The notes beneath the pieces were generated by a model, which was given only the letters and a program-made list of their open reading frames with translations, was not told where the DNA came from and did no database searches. Shown here piece by piece: positions 47,529 to 56,813 of a stretch of 64,000 nt of DNA. Made by a program: the position numbers and the translations under genes. Position 1 is the first letter of the stretch. Each line of letters starts with the position of its first letter. Source of the stretch: a virus; the IMG/VR virus record IMGVR_UViG_3300030329_006034, positions 29,793 to 93,792 of that record; one strand, written 5' to 3'.

Positions 47529-49103
47529 CTATGTTAGCACAAAATTAGAATTAATACTATATAAAGAATTCACAAGCCCGGCACGTGAATCAAGTTTAGG
47601 TGGGCCCATCGAAGGGACATTAGTTGCAACTACATTAGAACCTTCATTAGTTCCTCTACCCCCACTTCGTTGACCTGGCGCCACCACAACCTGGTTTCCA
47701 TTACCGGCGGCACCTGCACGTGTATTACGTTCAATTTGCGTTAGAATGTCTGTCTGATTTTGTAATTCGGTATCTGCAATAGACGTGCCGCTCGCCCCTC
47801 CAGATCCGAGTGGTACTACTACTGCACCCCCACCCGGCATTCCCGGTGCTCCGGTTATTCCTGGCGCTCCTCGGGCACCTCGATCTCCACTAGCAGGGGT
47901 CCAAGTAATTGGACCGGGCCAAGAGTCAGATGGAAACGGTGGAAATAAGTTTTTAAGTTTATCCTTGATGTTGAGGATTTTAACTTTATCCCAGATATCA
48001 ATTAAATTAGGAAGATCCCACTTCGGAGTGCCACCAAATGTCTGACCAGGCATCCTTTCAACACCGGGATATTTGTCGCCTGGATCAAGCCAGTCCATAA
48101 ACTTCTGCTTAGCCAGCCAATCCTGAACACCTGGTCTTTTTTTGGCTGCATCTTTTTCTTCTTGTATCTCTTTTTTTATTGCATCAATTTTAGGCTGCGC
48201 ATCAGGAAACAGAGGTTGCCTTGGACTCATAATCTTGTGTTGTTGAGTTGGTAAAGGATTATATACTGCTGGTGTCATCGCAGTTTTTAGCAAATTTAAA
48301 AGAGGTATAGTAATTCCTTCTTGAAGTGCGTGTTTGAGAACTTGAAACAGGGTTCTACCCTCAAATATTTTATCCAAAAGTCCAGCAAATGCTGTAAGTA
48401 AATTTGCAATAGCTAATTTAAAATTAGGTAAAAAGCTACTATTAAACCACTTTTTTAAATTGTCCCACATTGACTGGAGAATATTAAAAAGTGTTCCAAG
48501 TATCTCAGGTAACATTGCGATAAAATCCTTAATACCCTTGACGACGCCTTTTAGCCATTCCCAAAAAGGCCCCTTAATCCACTCCAAAACTTTCTCACCC
48601 CATGCTATAATGTCCTTAATAACTCTAACAACTGGGTTTTTTGAGTTCTCCCACCATGGAACAATTACATCATTATAGAACTTTGTTAATGGTTCTTTTA
48701 ATAAAGACCATAACAGAATACCGGATACCCAGCTTTTAAGCATTGACCCTAATATACTATTACCCTTTTGTACAGCTTGATGGGTTTTTTCAGCCATATC
48801 TGCTTGCTTCACTTGCATGCGCGCAATATTAGTTTTGCCCTTTTCATCCGCTGGCTTTTGATACATCCACGGAAACATTCTAGCTAAAACACCACCGACA
48901 ACTCGAGTTTCATTCTCAAGCTTTTGCCGTTCAATAGCTCCAACGTTTGCGTTAGGTCGTTGCTGTTTAAACGCAGATGCTTGTGAAGGAATTATATCTC
49001 GCGAATACTGAGATCTAGCTAAATCTTGAGCAGCTAACTCGCCCATGGCCTCTTCACGGGCCCGGACTAGATGCATTAATTGCTCTGTTCTTGGTGCTGC
49101 CAC
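47529..49103 (-). CDS. Probable tape measure / gp29-like protein
   Basis: Trp/Phe-periodic amphipathic helices; position between gp26-like and gp48-like genes. Confidence 0.55.
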   Translation of the reverse strand: MAAPRTEQLMHLVRAREEAMGELAAQDLARSQYSRDIIPSQASAFKQQRPNANVGAIERQKLENETRVVGGVLARMFPWMYQKPADEKGKTNIARMQVKQADMAEKTHQAVQKGNSILGSMLKSWVSGILLWSLLKEPLTKFYNDVIVPWWENSKNPVVRVIKDIIAWGEKVLEWIKGPFWEWLKGVVKGIKDFIAMLPEILGTLFNILQSMWDNLKKWFNSSFLPNFKLAIANLLTAFAGLLDKIFEGRTLFQVLKHALQEGITIPLLNLLKTAMTPAVYNPLPTQQHKIMSPRQPLFPDAQPKIDAIKKEIQEEKDAAKKRPGVQDWLAKQKFMDWLDPGDKYPGVERMPGQTFGGTPKWDLPNLIDIWDKVKILNIKDKLKNLFPPFPSDSWPGPITWTPASGDRGARGAPGITGAPGMPGGGAVVVPLGSGGASGTSIADTELQNQTDILTQIERNTRAGAAGNGNQVVVAPGQRSGGRGTNEGSNVVATNVPSMGPPKLDSRAGLVNSLYSINSNFVLT

Positions 49104-49111
49104 ATAGATAT

Positions 49112-49852
49112 TTAATCTATATCACCTGTATCGAAGAATCGAGCGTCAATTGACACGGTAACATCATCAACAGTTAAAATTTCTGCTAGATATTCATTGA
49201 CTGAGTTAATATAATCCGAAATTTCATTATACATTACAAGAGGCAGCTCTTCAATTAACTTAATGCGATCATTAATTCGAATTTGACTGAAGTCAATTTC
49301 TTCGTCTTCAATTATTAGTTTATCGATAAACTTAATAATTTCTAACATATACAATGTACCGATACCTTCTTTTGTAATATCGTCTCTCGGATTAACACCT
49401 TGTTCCCCTTTGGACACAATAACGTTCTCTTCCGTTAGAGTAGGTATTTTTAAGTGTACAGCTAGAGTTTTTAGCACCACTACGTGCTCGTCCTTAACCT
49501 TGAGCGTTGTGTTTTTAATATTAGCAATAATGCTATTCAAGTCAACAACGGTATCATCAACTTTAACTTTATCACCTAGAGACTGCTTTCTTAAACCAAT
49601 AACAAAGGGATATTTGTCGTAAAGCTTTAAATCTTTATTTCCTGTGTTTTTGATGACGATGTCGTTTAGAGTTTTACTAAAATTTAATGCGCCTCTTAAT
49701 CCATCAAGTGCAGATGATATTAGGTCTTTTTGTTGCTTGAGTGTAAGAGGTGTCGTTTCAATAGACTTTTTAATAGAAGGCACGTAAATCTTTATAGTGT
49801 CTTCGTTTATTTTTCCAAGCTTTTTTAAAAATCCTGATACGTTTTTGCTCAT
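49112..49852 (-). CDS. Baseplate hub assembly protein (gp26-like)
   Basis: IYVPS...PLTLKQQKDLI, DK...LRKQSLG, LKIPT, FF near the C-terminus. Confidence 0.6.
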   Translation of the reverse strand: MSKNVSGFLKKLGKINEDTIKIYVPSIKKSIETTPLTLKQQKDLISSALDGLRGALNFSKTLNDIVIKNTGNKDLKLYDKYPFVIGLRKQSLGDKVKVDDTVVDLNSIIANIKNTTLKVKDEHVVVLKTLAVHLKIPTLTEENVIVSKGEQGVNPRDDITKEGIGTLYMLEIIKFIDKLIIEDEEIDFSQIRINDRIKLIEELPLVMYNEISDYINSVNEYLAEILTVDDVTVSIDARFFDTGDID

Positions 49853-49880
49853 AAGGATATTTAATAGAGTATTTTATTTA

Positions 49881-50675
49881 TCAAGGCGTTGGGCCCCCTT
49901 GTTGTTTTGTGTTTTGATTTTCAATCTCATCTCTATAGAGCTGGAAATAATCATTTACCTCTAAAAATGTTGAATTAGCTAAGAATGACACATCGTTTAT
50001 TCTCCTTGAAAGCGCAAATAGCATCTCTCTATATCCTGCTGTTGTTATGCACAAAAAAAGTGAAGTAATAAAATCTGCAAAGCCATATTCCATAACATTA
50101 AACTTTATAGGCTTTACATCAACATTTTCTCTTTCTTCTAGTAAGGTTAATGTAAAAAACTCTTTACAGTCTTCTATAAATTTATCGATATGTTCATGCA
50201 GCGTATCTGGTAAACGCTCTATTGCCTCTTGGTACTCTTCTTCTGTTAGTTCTGCAAGAACTAATTCTTCGTCTCCTATTCTAATCTTTTTAACGAGAGA
50301 TAAAATAAAATCATCATTTCCTGTGTTAAAATGATGAGGAAAGTCAAGAGTGTAAGTTATATTATCTATGGGTATGTCTGTTTCTATGTTAGGTAACCCA
50401 CCGGCGTTTTCTAGTAAAAAATCTAAATCTACATTAATAGGTCCCTTGTTTGAAGTTATAGTGATTTGGTTTCCAATACATTTTTGGCGGAGATAAAATA
50501 GACAGTAAAATTTTTCTAAAATATTAAGATTTTTTGTTAAGATAAAAGATTCTAAAAACTCCAGTCGACCATGTAACGCTGTATCGCTGTATAAATTAAA
50601 AGTCCGTAGATCCTTGTATAGTATTTCTTTAAGTCTTACTTCTTTCCTGTTTGGAAGAATATATGTAAAAGTCAT
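49881..50675 (-). CDS. gp26/gp51-like baseplate assembly protein
   Basis: EKFYCLFYLRQKCIG; C-terminal TFLE..Y..LY..E resembles gp51; start re-called (TAAGTA-N5-ATG). Confidence 0.5.
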   Translation of the reverse strand: MTFTYILPNRKEVRLKEILYKDLRTFNLYSDTALHGRLEFLESFILTKNLNILEKFYCLFYLRQKCIGNQITITSNKGPINVDLDFLLENAGGLPNIETDIPIDNITYTLDFPHHFNTGNDDFILSLVKKIRIGDEELVLAELTEEEYQEAIERLPDTLHEHIDKFIEDCKEFFTLTLLEERENVDVKPIKFNVMEYGFADFITSLFLCITTAGYREMLFALSRRINDVSFLANSTFLEVNDYFQLYRDEIENQNTKQQGGPTP

Positions 50676-50710
50676 GTCATTACTTACATTAATACTATGC
50701 AACCTCAAGG

Positions 50711-51313
50711 TTAGAGCGGGGCGTAATCTTTAAAAGCAAATGTTACTGTTTTTTCAGGGTAAATAGCTTCAGGTTCTTGAGTGAGAGTAAACCCTTCAAC
50801 GTTCGTTGGGAAAGCGTCAATAAATTTATACCCTTTCCGTACTCGTTTTAAATTATCATATTGCTGGACGTATATGTTGGCTTTAAGTCCGAAATTTGTA
50901 AGCCCATCTACCCCTATGGCAACAGACCATGGAGTAAAAAATTGATGAACTATATCATCTATTGTTTCAATAAAATTAATGGATAGGTTTCTAGTTAGAA
51001 AGCTTTCACGCTGCTGTAAACCGTACCCCGGCATAAACCCACCTCTACTATTTTGACCTGCCTCTAAAAATGTTGAGTTTTCGTTTGGTATAGTAACTTC
51101 TCTAGCAGCTAAGAGATTATTGCTTCCCCAATCTGCTACAGGTCTCGCTGACCATTGTCCCTGACCAGCTATTTTGCTAGTAGCGGTATTAATTGATCCT
51201 GCTAAACCACCAAGGCCTGGTATAGAAACGGTCCAGAGGAAAGGAAGGGATAGATAATACGGACTCTCTTGTGAAAGTTTGCTTAAAAATCTTCGCGTCG
51301 GTCTAGTGTCCAT
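50711..51313 (-). CDS. Tail tube initiator (gp54-like)
   Basis: FFTPW, YKFIDAFPTNV, VTFAF; adjacent to the tube gene. Confidence 0.6.
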   Translation of the reverse strand: MDTRPTRRFLSKLSQESPYYLSLPFLWTVSIPGLGGLAGSINTATSKIAGQGQWSARPVADWGSNNLLAAREVTIPNENSTFLEAGQNSRGGFMPGYGLQQRESFLTRNLSINFIETIDDIVHQFFTPWSVAIGVDGLTNFGLKANIYVQQYDNLKRVRKGYKFIDAFPTNVEGFTLTQEPEAIYPEKTVTFAFKDYAPL

Positions 51314-51316
51314 TAG

Positions 51317-51344
51317 TACTACTAATATTTATCTATTAGTAGTA
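51317..51344 (-). promoter_or_regulatory. Perfect 11-bp hairpin with a late promoter TAAATA over the loop
   Basis: tactactaata-tttatc-tattagtagta. Confidence 0.7.
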
Positions 51345-51346
51345 TT

Positions 51347-51928
51347 TTATTGTCCACCGAATGGATTTCCCGCTCCAGTAAGGGTGTTTTCGTAGTAGTG
51401 ATACGCAAAGGATACAGGGAAGGAAACTACCTCACCTGTACCATCAGAAATACTATAACTTAAATCTCCAATATCACGTATAGAAGCACCTATTAACTTA
51501 AGTTGCTTCGTCGTGTTTAATCCTTTGTCTAAGAGATCTAATGTTATAACGTCTTCCACCCCAGGCATACCATATTGACCTGTACTAAATTGATCATCGA
51601 ATACTGCTCTCGAAGCTGCTTCGAATTTTCCGCGAAGAGAATTATCTGCATCTGCATAAAACTCTACTGAATAACCAGCGGAATTAGTATAAGTCGCTCT
51701 GCCAGGTAAGTTAAAATCAAGACCCATATAGCTTACTACTTTATTTTCGATTGCCCTGCCAGGTAGGGTAGCAGATCTGGCATATATTAGCTCCTGATCA
51801 CCACCAAACTCAATACTCGACCCTGCGGTCGGACCAGTGAGCTTTATATTATTAACCCTAAAGAGAAAATCTCTAGAAAACTCTGCTTCCTGTGCTTTTG
51901 CAAAAAAGTTCTGTATTGTTGTCGCCAT
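51347..51928 (-). CDS. gp19: Tail tube protein (gp19-like)
   Basis: RDFLFRV, SATLPG...VSYMG..FNLPGR, FPVSFAYHY; directly after the sheath gene. Confidence 0.8.
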   Translation of the reverse strand: MATTIQNFFAKAQEAEFSRDFLFRVNNIKLTGPTAGSSIEFGGDQELIYARSATLPGRAIENKVVSYMGLDFNLPGRATYTNSAGYSVEFYADADNSLRGKFEAASRAVFDDQFSTGQYGMPGVEDVITLDLLDKGLNTTKQLKLIGASIRDIGDLSYSISDGTGEVVSFPVSFAYHYYENTLTGAGNPFGGQ

Positions 51929-51952
51929 ATAATTATTTATTGTAAATTAGAT

Positions 51953-54385
51953 TTATCTAACCGGTCTTCCTTCAGGTCTTCCAGGTCCTAACAGTTCTTG
52001 GAAGTTTGCATCAGTTCTTGTTGCGTAGAACGTTATTAAGATAAACTCTGCAGTTCTGACAGGCTTGAGGTAAATATCCACTCTCAATTTATTTTCGTCA
52101 ATAATCTGCGGAGTGTTATTTCTTTCATCACAAACGATCAAGTAATCATAAACACCTTGGTTTTGCTTAGCACGTTCAAATAGAGGTGTTAAGACGTTAA
52201 CCAATCTTGTTCTTGTAAATTCTGTGTTAGGCTCAAACACGAAAAAGCGCGCTGCTTTCTTAGTAGGCCTTTCAAGTGCTAAGAACAGCCTTCTAACGTT
52301 AATTCTATCAAATGCACTTGGCTTCCTGTTAAGAGTCTTTTGTCCAAATATCGCATTACCTTGTGATGGGAAGAATGCTACTGGGTTAATATTAGACTTA
52401 TATAACTCATCACGCTGCTTTTGGTTTGGATTAATAGCAATATCAGTTGGTGTATGCAATATACCTCTGGTAAATCCTGCTGGTGCAAACCATGGGAAGG
52501 TTGCTGAATCACTATTAGCCATTGTTGCTGCAGCGAATCCAGAAAATGGAACCCAAACTAATTCACCTAATCCGCTATCGTATATTTGAGCCCAGTTGCC
52601 ATATACCGCAGCGTAGGAAGTGTTTTGTGTTTCAAACTGATGTTTCATCGGCCAGAAGATATCCGTTTGGAAGTTTCTAGTTTTATCATCTAATACTTTT
52701 GTATTACCGGCACCAATAGCAACAATTTGTCTAAAGGTATCAGCGATAAAGATACAATCACCTCTTTCACCACCTAAGAACGGTGGCTTAACGAATTCTT
52801 GGAAGCGGTTAAAAATGGTATTGTAGTTATTTCTAAGAGTAAGAGCATTACCAGCTATGGGTTTTGAAGTTCTCAAACCATCAACTGCTCCAGCGGTTGT
52901 GCCTTGGTAATAAAACTCATCGTAGTATAGAGGGTCTCCGGAATCTATAGTTCTAGATTTAGCTAACGCCCAGATAGTACCCAGCCCCGCTTCAGGAACA
53001 ACATCAATATCGTAAATTTCGTCATTTTTAACTGCCTCTAACGCTCTATTTAGTTTAGTAGGTATATCACCTAAATCTTTATTAGTTACCTTTGAGTTAA
53101 CATAAGATCCAAGCGGGAATAAGCTTGACGATTCACCAAGCCCGGTTTTAAAGTCAGCTAGAGCTGAATTTGGGAACCCTAGAGTGTCAAAAGGTGCACT
53201 ATCTAATGCTTCACTTAATGCTCTGATCTTTAATTTAGGATTACCAAGATCATCTAAATTATCATCACCAGAATTAAGCTGAGTAATATTTTCATTAACT
53301 TTAATAGCTACATTACGTGATTTGTCGCTTTGAGCGCCAATAAAATAGTTCATCTGTCTCCCGCCCTTTGGATCGTCAATCTTTCTTCTCGCGTTAATAG
53401 ATCCTACTAATCTATCTTCCAAGACATAACCAAGTTCAACTGGCCTAGGAGAATTTTGTGTTCTTCTTAATTTAAACACACCCACGCTTAAAATATCATC
53501 ATTGCTTCTTCCTTCTAAATCCCAATCTACCAGATTCTCCATTATTTCAGATATACTACCGTTTGGACCAGTAGTAGCTGACGCCGACATCGGAAAACTT
53601 AGCACGGATTCATTTAATGAAATATATGACCTGTCTAGTCCAGCAGAAGCGGTTATAGTCTTGGTAGTTCCAATGCCTACGAAATTATTAGCAGGGTTAA
53701 TATCGGCATTACCAATCAGTCCAACATAGTAACCTTCGTAGTTCTGATTAATAGTACTAGTCGACTTATTTAAAATAATTAAAGGAGCTCGTCCTGCAGA
53801 GCCTGTACATGCGCATGCAGCTGGCGAAAACGCCTGACTATAGGTCAAATCACTTTTAGCTAACCCACCAGCGTCTTGCCACTCCCATAAAGTATCATTT
53901 ATCGCACTAAGATATTGAGCTTCAGTAAGTTCAATATGTGTTGGTTGGCCGAGAAGCACCGTGCCACCAGAAGCTATGCTGCCCCATGTGCTACCCTGCG
54001 CCTGATAACCGCCAGATGCACCATTCGAACCTCCGGAGAGTGAAATTGCCGAACCGGAATAAACTAAAGCAGAATATTGTGACCCAAACCCATCACCGTT
54101 TCCAGCGCCATATGGCAGTCTAGTAGTGTATAAATTAGCTGGTGAGTTCAGAACCTCACTCGCTGTGTGAAAAAAGTACCGCTCTGCAGAGTTAGTCGGC
54201 ACTCCATAAATTTGTTCTAAGTCTTGCTGCGAGGTTAATTTTATAACTTCATCATAGGGCCCCTGTGCAGCGAATCCTGTCATGTATACATTTGTTCCTA
54301 CACCTGGAAGCGCTACATTTGAATAGTCCCACTCGTTTATTTCAACACCCGGTGAAGATATTGTTGGATTAAAGTCTATTGCCAT
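51953..54385 (-). CDS. gp18: Contractile tail sheath protein (gp18-like)
   Basis: SPGVEINE, PWFAPAGFTRG, RDELY..NINP, GQKT, AFDRINVRRLF, FEPN, KPVRTAEFI. Confidence 0.97.
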   Translation of the reverse strand: MAIDFNPTISSPGVEINEWDYSNVALPGVGTNVYMTGFAAQGPYDEVIKLTSQQDLEQIYGVPTNSAERYFFHTASEVLNSPANLYTTRLPYGAGNGDGFGSQYSALVYSGSAISLSGGSNGASGGYQAQGSTWGSIASGGTVLLGQPTHIELTEAQYLSAINDTLWEWQDAGGLAKSDLTYSQAFSPAACACTGSAGRAPLIILNKSTSTINQNYEGYYVGLIGNADINPANNFVGIGTTKTITASAGLDRSYISLNESVLSFPMSASATTGPNGSISEIMENLVDWDLEGRSNDDILSVGVFKLRRTQNSPRPVELGYVLEDRLVGSINARRKIDDPKGGRQMNYFIGAQSDKSRNVAIKVNENITQLNSGDDNLDDLGNPKLKIRALSEALDSAPFDTLGFPNSALADFKTGLGESSSLFPLGSYVNSKVTNKDLGDIPTKLNRALEAVKNDEIYDIDVVPEAGLGTIWALAKSRTIDSGDPLYYDEFYYQGTTAGAVDGLRTSKPIAGNALTLRNNYNTIFNRFQEFVKPPFLGGERGDCIFIADTFRQIVAIGAGNTKVLDDKTRNFQTDIFWPMKHQFETQNTSYAAVYGNWAQIYDSGLGELVWVPFSGFAAATMANSDSATFPWFAPAGFTRGILHTPTDIAINPNQKQRDELYKSNINPVAFFPSQGNAIFGQKTLNRKPSAFDRINVRRLFLALERPTKKAARFFVFEPNTEFTRTRLVNVLTPLFERAKQNQGVYDYLIVCDERNNTPQIIDENKLRVDIYLKPVRTAEFILITFYATRTDANFQELLGPGRPEGRPVR

Positions 54386-54417
54386 AAAATTATTTATCCT
54401 AATTCAGATAAAAATAT

Positions 54418-55002
54418 TCAAAAATCGATTATTTCTGTATGAAGTTGAGAATAAACAAATGTAAAACCGGACTGGATTTCATCTGGAGTTTGGTAGTTAT
54501 ATGTAATTGCCTCTAAAGTAGTGGGGAAAGCCTTTGTATAAGTGAATTTTATTCTACTATTGTTAAATTCGTCTTTACCAAAAATTGTTAAATCTGTTTG
54601 ATACTCTTCAAACCCTTCTATAGAAGTTAATTCTCTCTCATTATAACGACCTTCATATTGACTATGAAGCAAATTTAACCACGTGTACATAACCCAGTAG
54701 TTTCTGTATTGGTTGTCAATATTAAAGTCCACTGTTACAGGTGGGTATGAATTTTTTGAGTGAGAAGATACATACAAGGTACTTCCGGCGTATCTCGTTT
54801 CAACAGCTGGTACAGTTATCTCCGGCACCGCAGAGCCAAAAATAGAAAACTGAACAGAGTCGCTAATTATAGTAGTGTTAGATTGGTCTCCTACCCATGG
54901 TCTGTCTATACCTTTTAGAATAGTAGGCAAATCAAAAACCAAGAGAAACTTATCAGCTCTTGATTTGTTGAGTACTGCCTGTTTTAGCTGATTGGTAGCC
55001 AT
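54418..55002 (-). CDS. Tail tube terminator/completion protein (gp3-like)
   Basis: Tube-fold motifs FNIDNQYRNY..MYTW, AFPTTL; position. Confidence 0.6.
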   Translation of the reverse strand: MATNQLKQAVLNKSRADKFLLVFDLPTILKGIDRPWVGDQSNTTIISDSVQFSIFGSAVPEITVPAVETRYAGSTLYVSSHSKNSYPPVTVDFNIDNQYRNYWVMYTWLNLLHSQYEGRYNERELTSIEGFEEYQTDLTIFGKDEFNNSRIKFTYTKAFPTTLEAITYNYQTPDEIQSGFTFVYSQLHTEIIDF

Positions 55003-55011
55003 ATAGTATAT

Positions 55012-56781
55012 TTATTCGCGAATAGGCCTGCCCGTCCAATCTATTTCAGGTTCAACTGGCTTCCCTGTCCAATTTTTAGGCGGTTCTTCGCCAATGAGCT
55101 GATATCCGAAAACTCTCAACTCAGACATTTCTGTTTCATTTTCTTGACTCATACCCCACACCACCGCATTCATTTCATGAGTGTTGCTGCCCATAATTTC
55201 ATTATCTAGATATATAGAGGTTGGATCCTCAAAATAATTAATACCAAAATCCATCGGCTCAATTACAGCCGGTTTACCCATATCATCAACTTCTACTATT
55301 TCAAAAAATCGCTGTGTTATTTCATTCTCTAATATAAAGAGACCGTATAACATAGCCATTACTCTATCGTCATGAAACCCTGCGCGTGCTTTCCATGTAC
55401 CATTAGGATATCTTACAAAATTTCTAAGCTCTTCTACAGTCTCTTGCTCGTTTATGTTTACAGCTCTAACTTCGTTCATAAAGTAACGCATATTTAAAAC
55501 ACCTTTATATTTTGTATTAGTGTGAGCAATCATTCCTCTCATTACATTACGGCGATGAGCATTAGCATTACCATACGAAACAATCTTTTCGTATCCTAAA
55601 TCAACAGCTAGCCTGTCCACAACCTGTGCGCCACAATTGTTTCTCTCTATGAGAGCTAAGGGAGACCCCCAGTTACGTAAAATTTTGTATAACTTATTAG
55701 TAAATTCTAAAGGCGGGATTTTATTGTTTCTATATACAGCTACTTGTCTAATTTGCTTAATATCTGTAATGTCTAGTATTTGGATAACTGAAGAATCTAC
55801 ACCTACGCCTTCAGATATATCTACACCAGCTACATATAATTTTGAATCATCCGGCTCTTCCCATAACTTATAATGCCCGTCATCTAAAATAATTTTCGGC
55901 TTAGATACCTTCGACATCATCTCTTCAAATAGCTCGTCATCAAGAGTAGATTCACCTGAATGAATAAACTCACATTCGAATTCCTGTAACCAAGCATCTG
56001 CAGAGCCGATTGCTGTTTTAGTAGCTTTTGCCCAAGCTTCATCACGCCCGGGTATTTCATCCCACCTTATTTTATCATGAGCCCAGCCGTTTTCGTTTTC
56101 TATCGCACCATGGTATAGTTTATAAAATAGGTTGTCTGTGCCATTAGCAGTAGAACAAACAAACACTTTAGATTTTTTAGAAGAAGTAATAATAGGGAAA
56201 ACTGATTTCCAGAATTCTTCTACCAAGTGAGGCTCAATAAACGCCATCTCATCAATAACAAGGCAGTTAACAGATTGACCACGAGCAGCAGTGCCGGTAG
56301 TAGTTGTAATACCTATTCTGCTACCATTTTCTAATGTCATTGACGTCTTAGCGTATTCTTTAACTGGTGGCTTTAACCAGTTAGGAAGCTCTTCATATGC
56401 CATTCGAACTCTTTGAAATATCTCAATAGCAGTAGCCTCTTTGTTTGCCACTAAAAGTATACGTTGATCATTATTAAAACATGCCTGCCATAATATGTAT
56501 ATGGTCATCATAGTCGATTTACCAATCTGTCTAGAAGCTAATAAGCAAAAGAATCGATTATCTCTCATCTTTCTCAAAGCTCTTTTTTGTGGTTTATATA
56601 ACTTTATTTTTTCTTTACCTCTGTCTAGGTTGACGATATGAAAGAAATTTTCAGCGAAATGTAGTATATTACTACTCGCCTTTTTTAACTGTTTTACTTG
56701 TTCTTTAGTATATTCACCCTTCCAATTAACATTGGGTAGGTTTTTATTACCCATATAGAACATATTATCTTTAGCAGGCAC
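55012..56781 (-). CDS. gp17: Terminase large subunit (gp17-like)
   Basis: ASRQIGKS, IDEMAF, STANG, QEFECEF, AGVDISEG, IERN, HDDRVMA; start re-called to GTG 56781. Confidence 0.97.
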   Translation of the reverse strand: MPAKDNMFYMGNKNLPNVNWKGEYTKEQVKQLKKASSNILHFAENFFHIVNLDRGKEKIKLYKPQKRALRKMRDNRFFCLLASRQIGKSTMMTIYILWQACFNNDQRILLVANKEATAIEIFQRVRMAYEELPNWLKPPVKEYAKTSMTLENGSRIGITTTTGTAARGQSVNCLVIDEMAFIEPHLVEEFWKSVFPIITSSKKSKVFVCSTANGTDNLFYKLYHGAIENENGWAHDKIRWDEIPGRDEAWAKATKTAIGSADAWLQEFECEFIHSGESTLDDELFEEMMSKVSKPKIILDDGHYKLWEEPDDSKLYVAGVDISEGVGVDSSVIQILDITDIKQIRQVAVYRNNKIPPLEFTNKLYKILRNWGSPLALIERNNCGAQVVDRLAVDLGYEKIVSYGNANAHRRNVMRGMIAHTNTKYKGVLNMRYFMNEVRAVNINEQETVEELRNFVRYPNGTWKARAGFHDDRVMAMLYGLFILENEITQRFFEIVEVDDMGKPAVIEPMDFGINYFEDPTSIYLDNEIMGSNTHEMNAVVWGMSQENETEMSELRVFGYQLIGEEPPKNWTGKPVEPEIDWTGRPIRE

Positions 56782-56813
56782 AAAAATATTTAATGAGAGA
56801 CATAAATAATTAC
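56782..56813. promoter_or_regulatory. Divergent back-to-back late promoters (TATTTA-N10-TAAATA)
   Basis: Same 32-bp geometry as 9611-9642. Confidence 0.7.
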
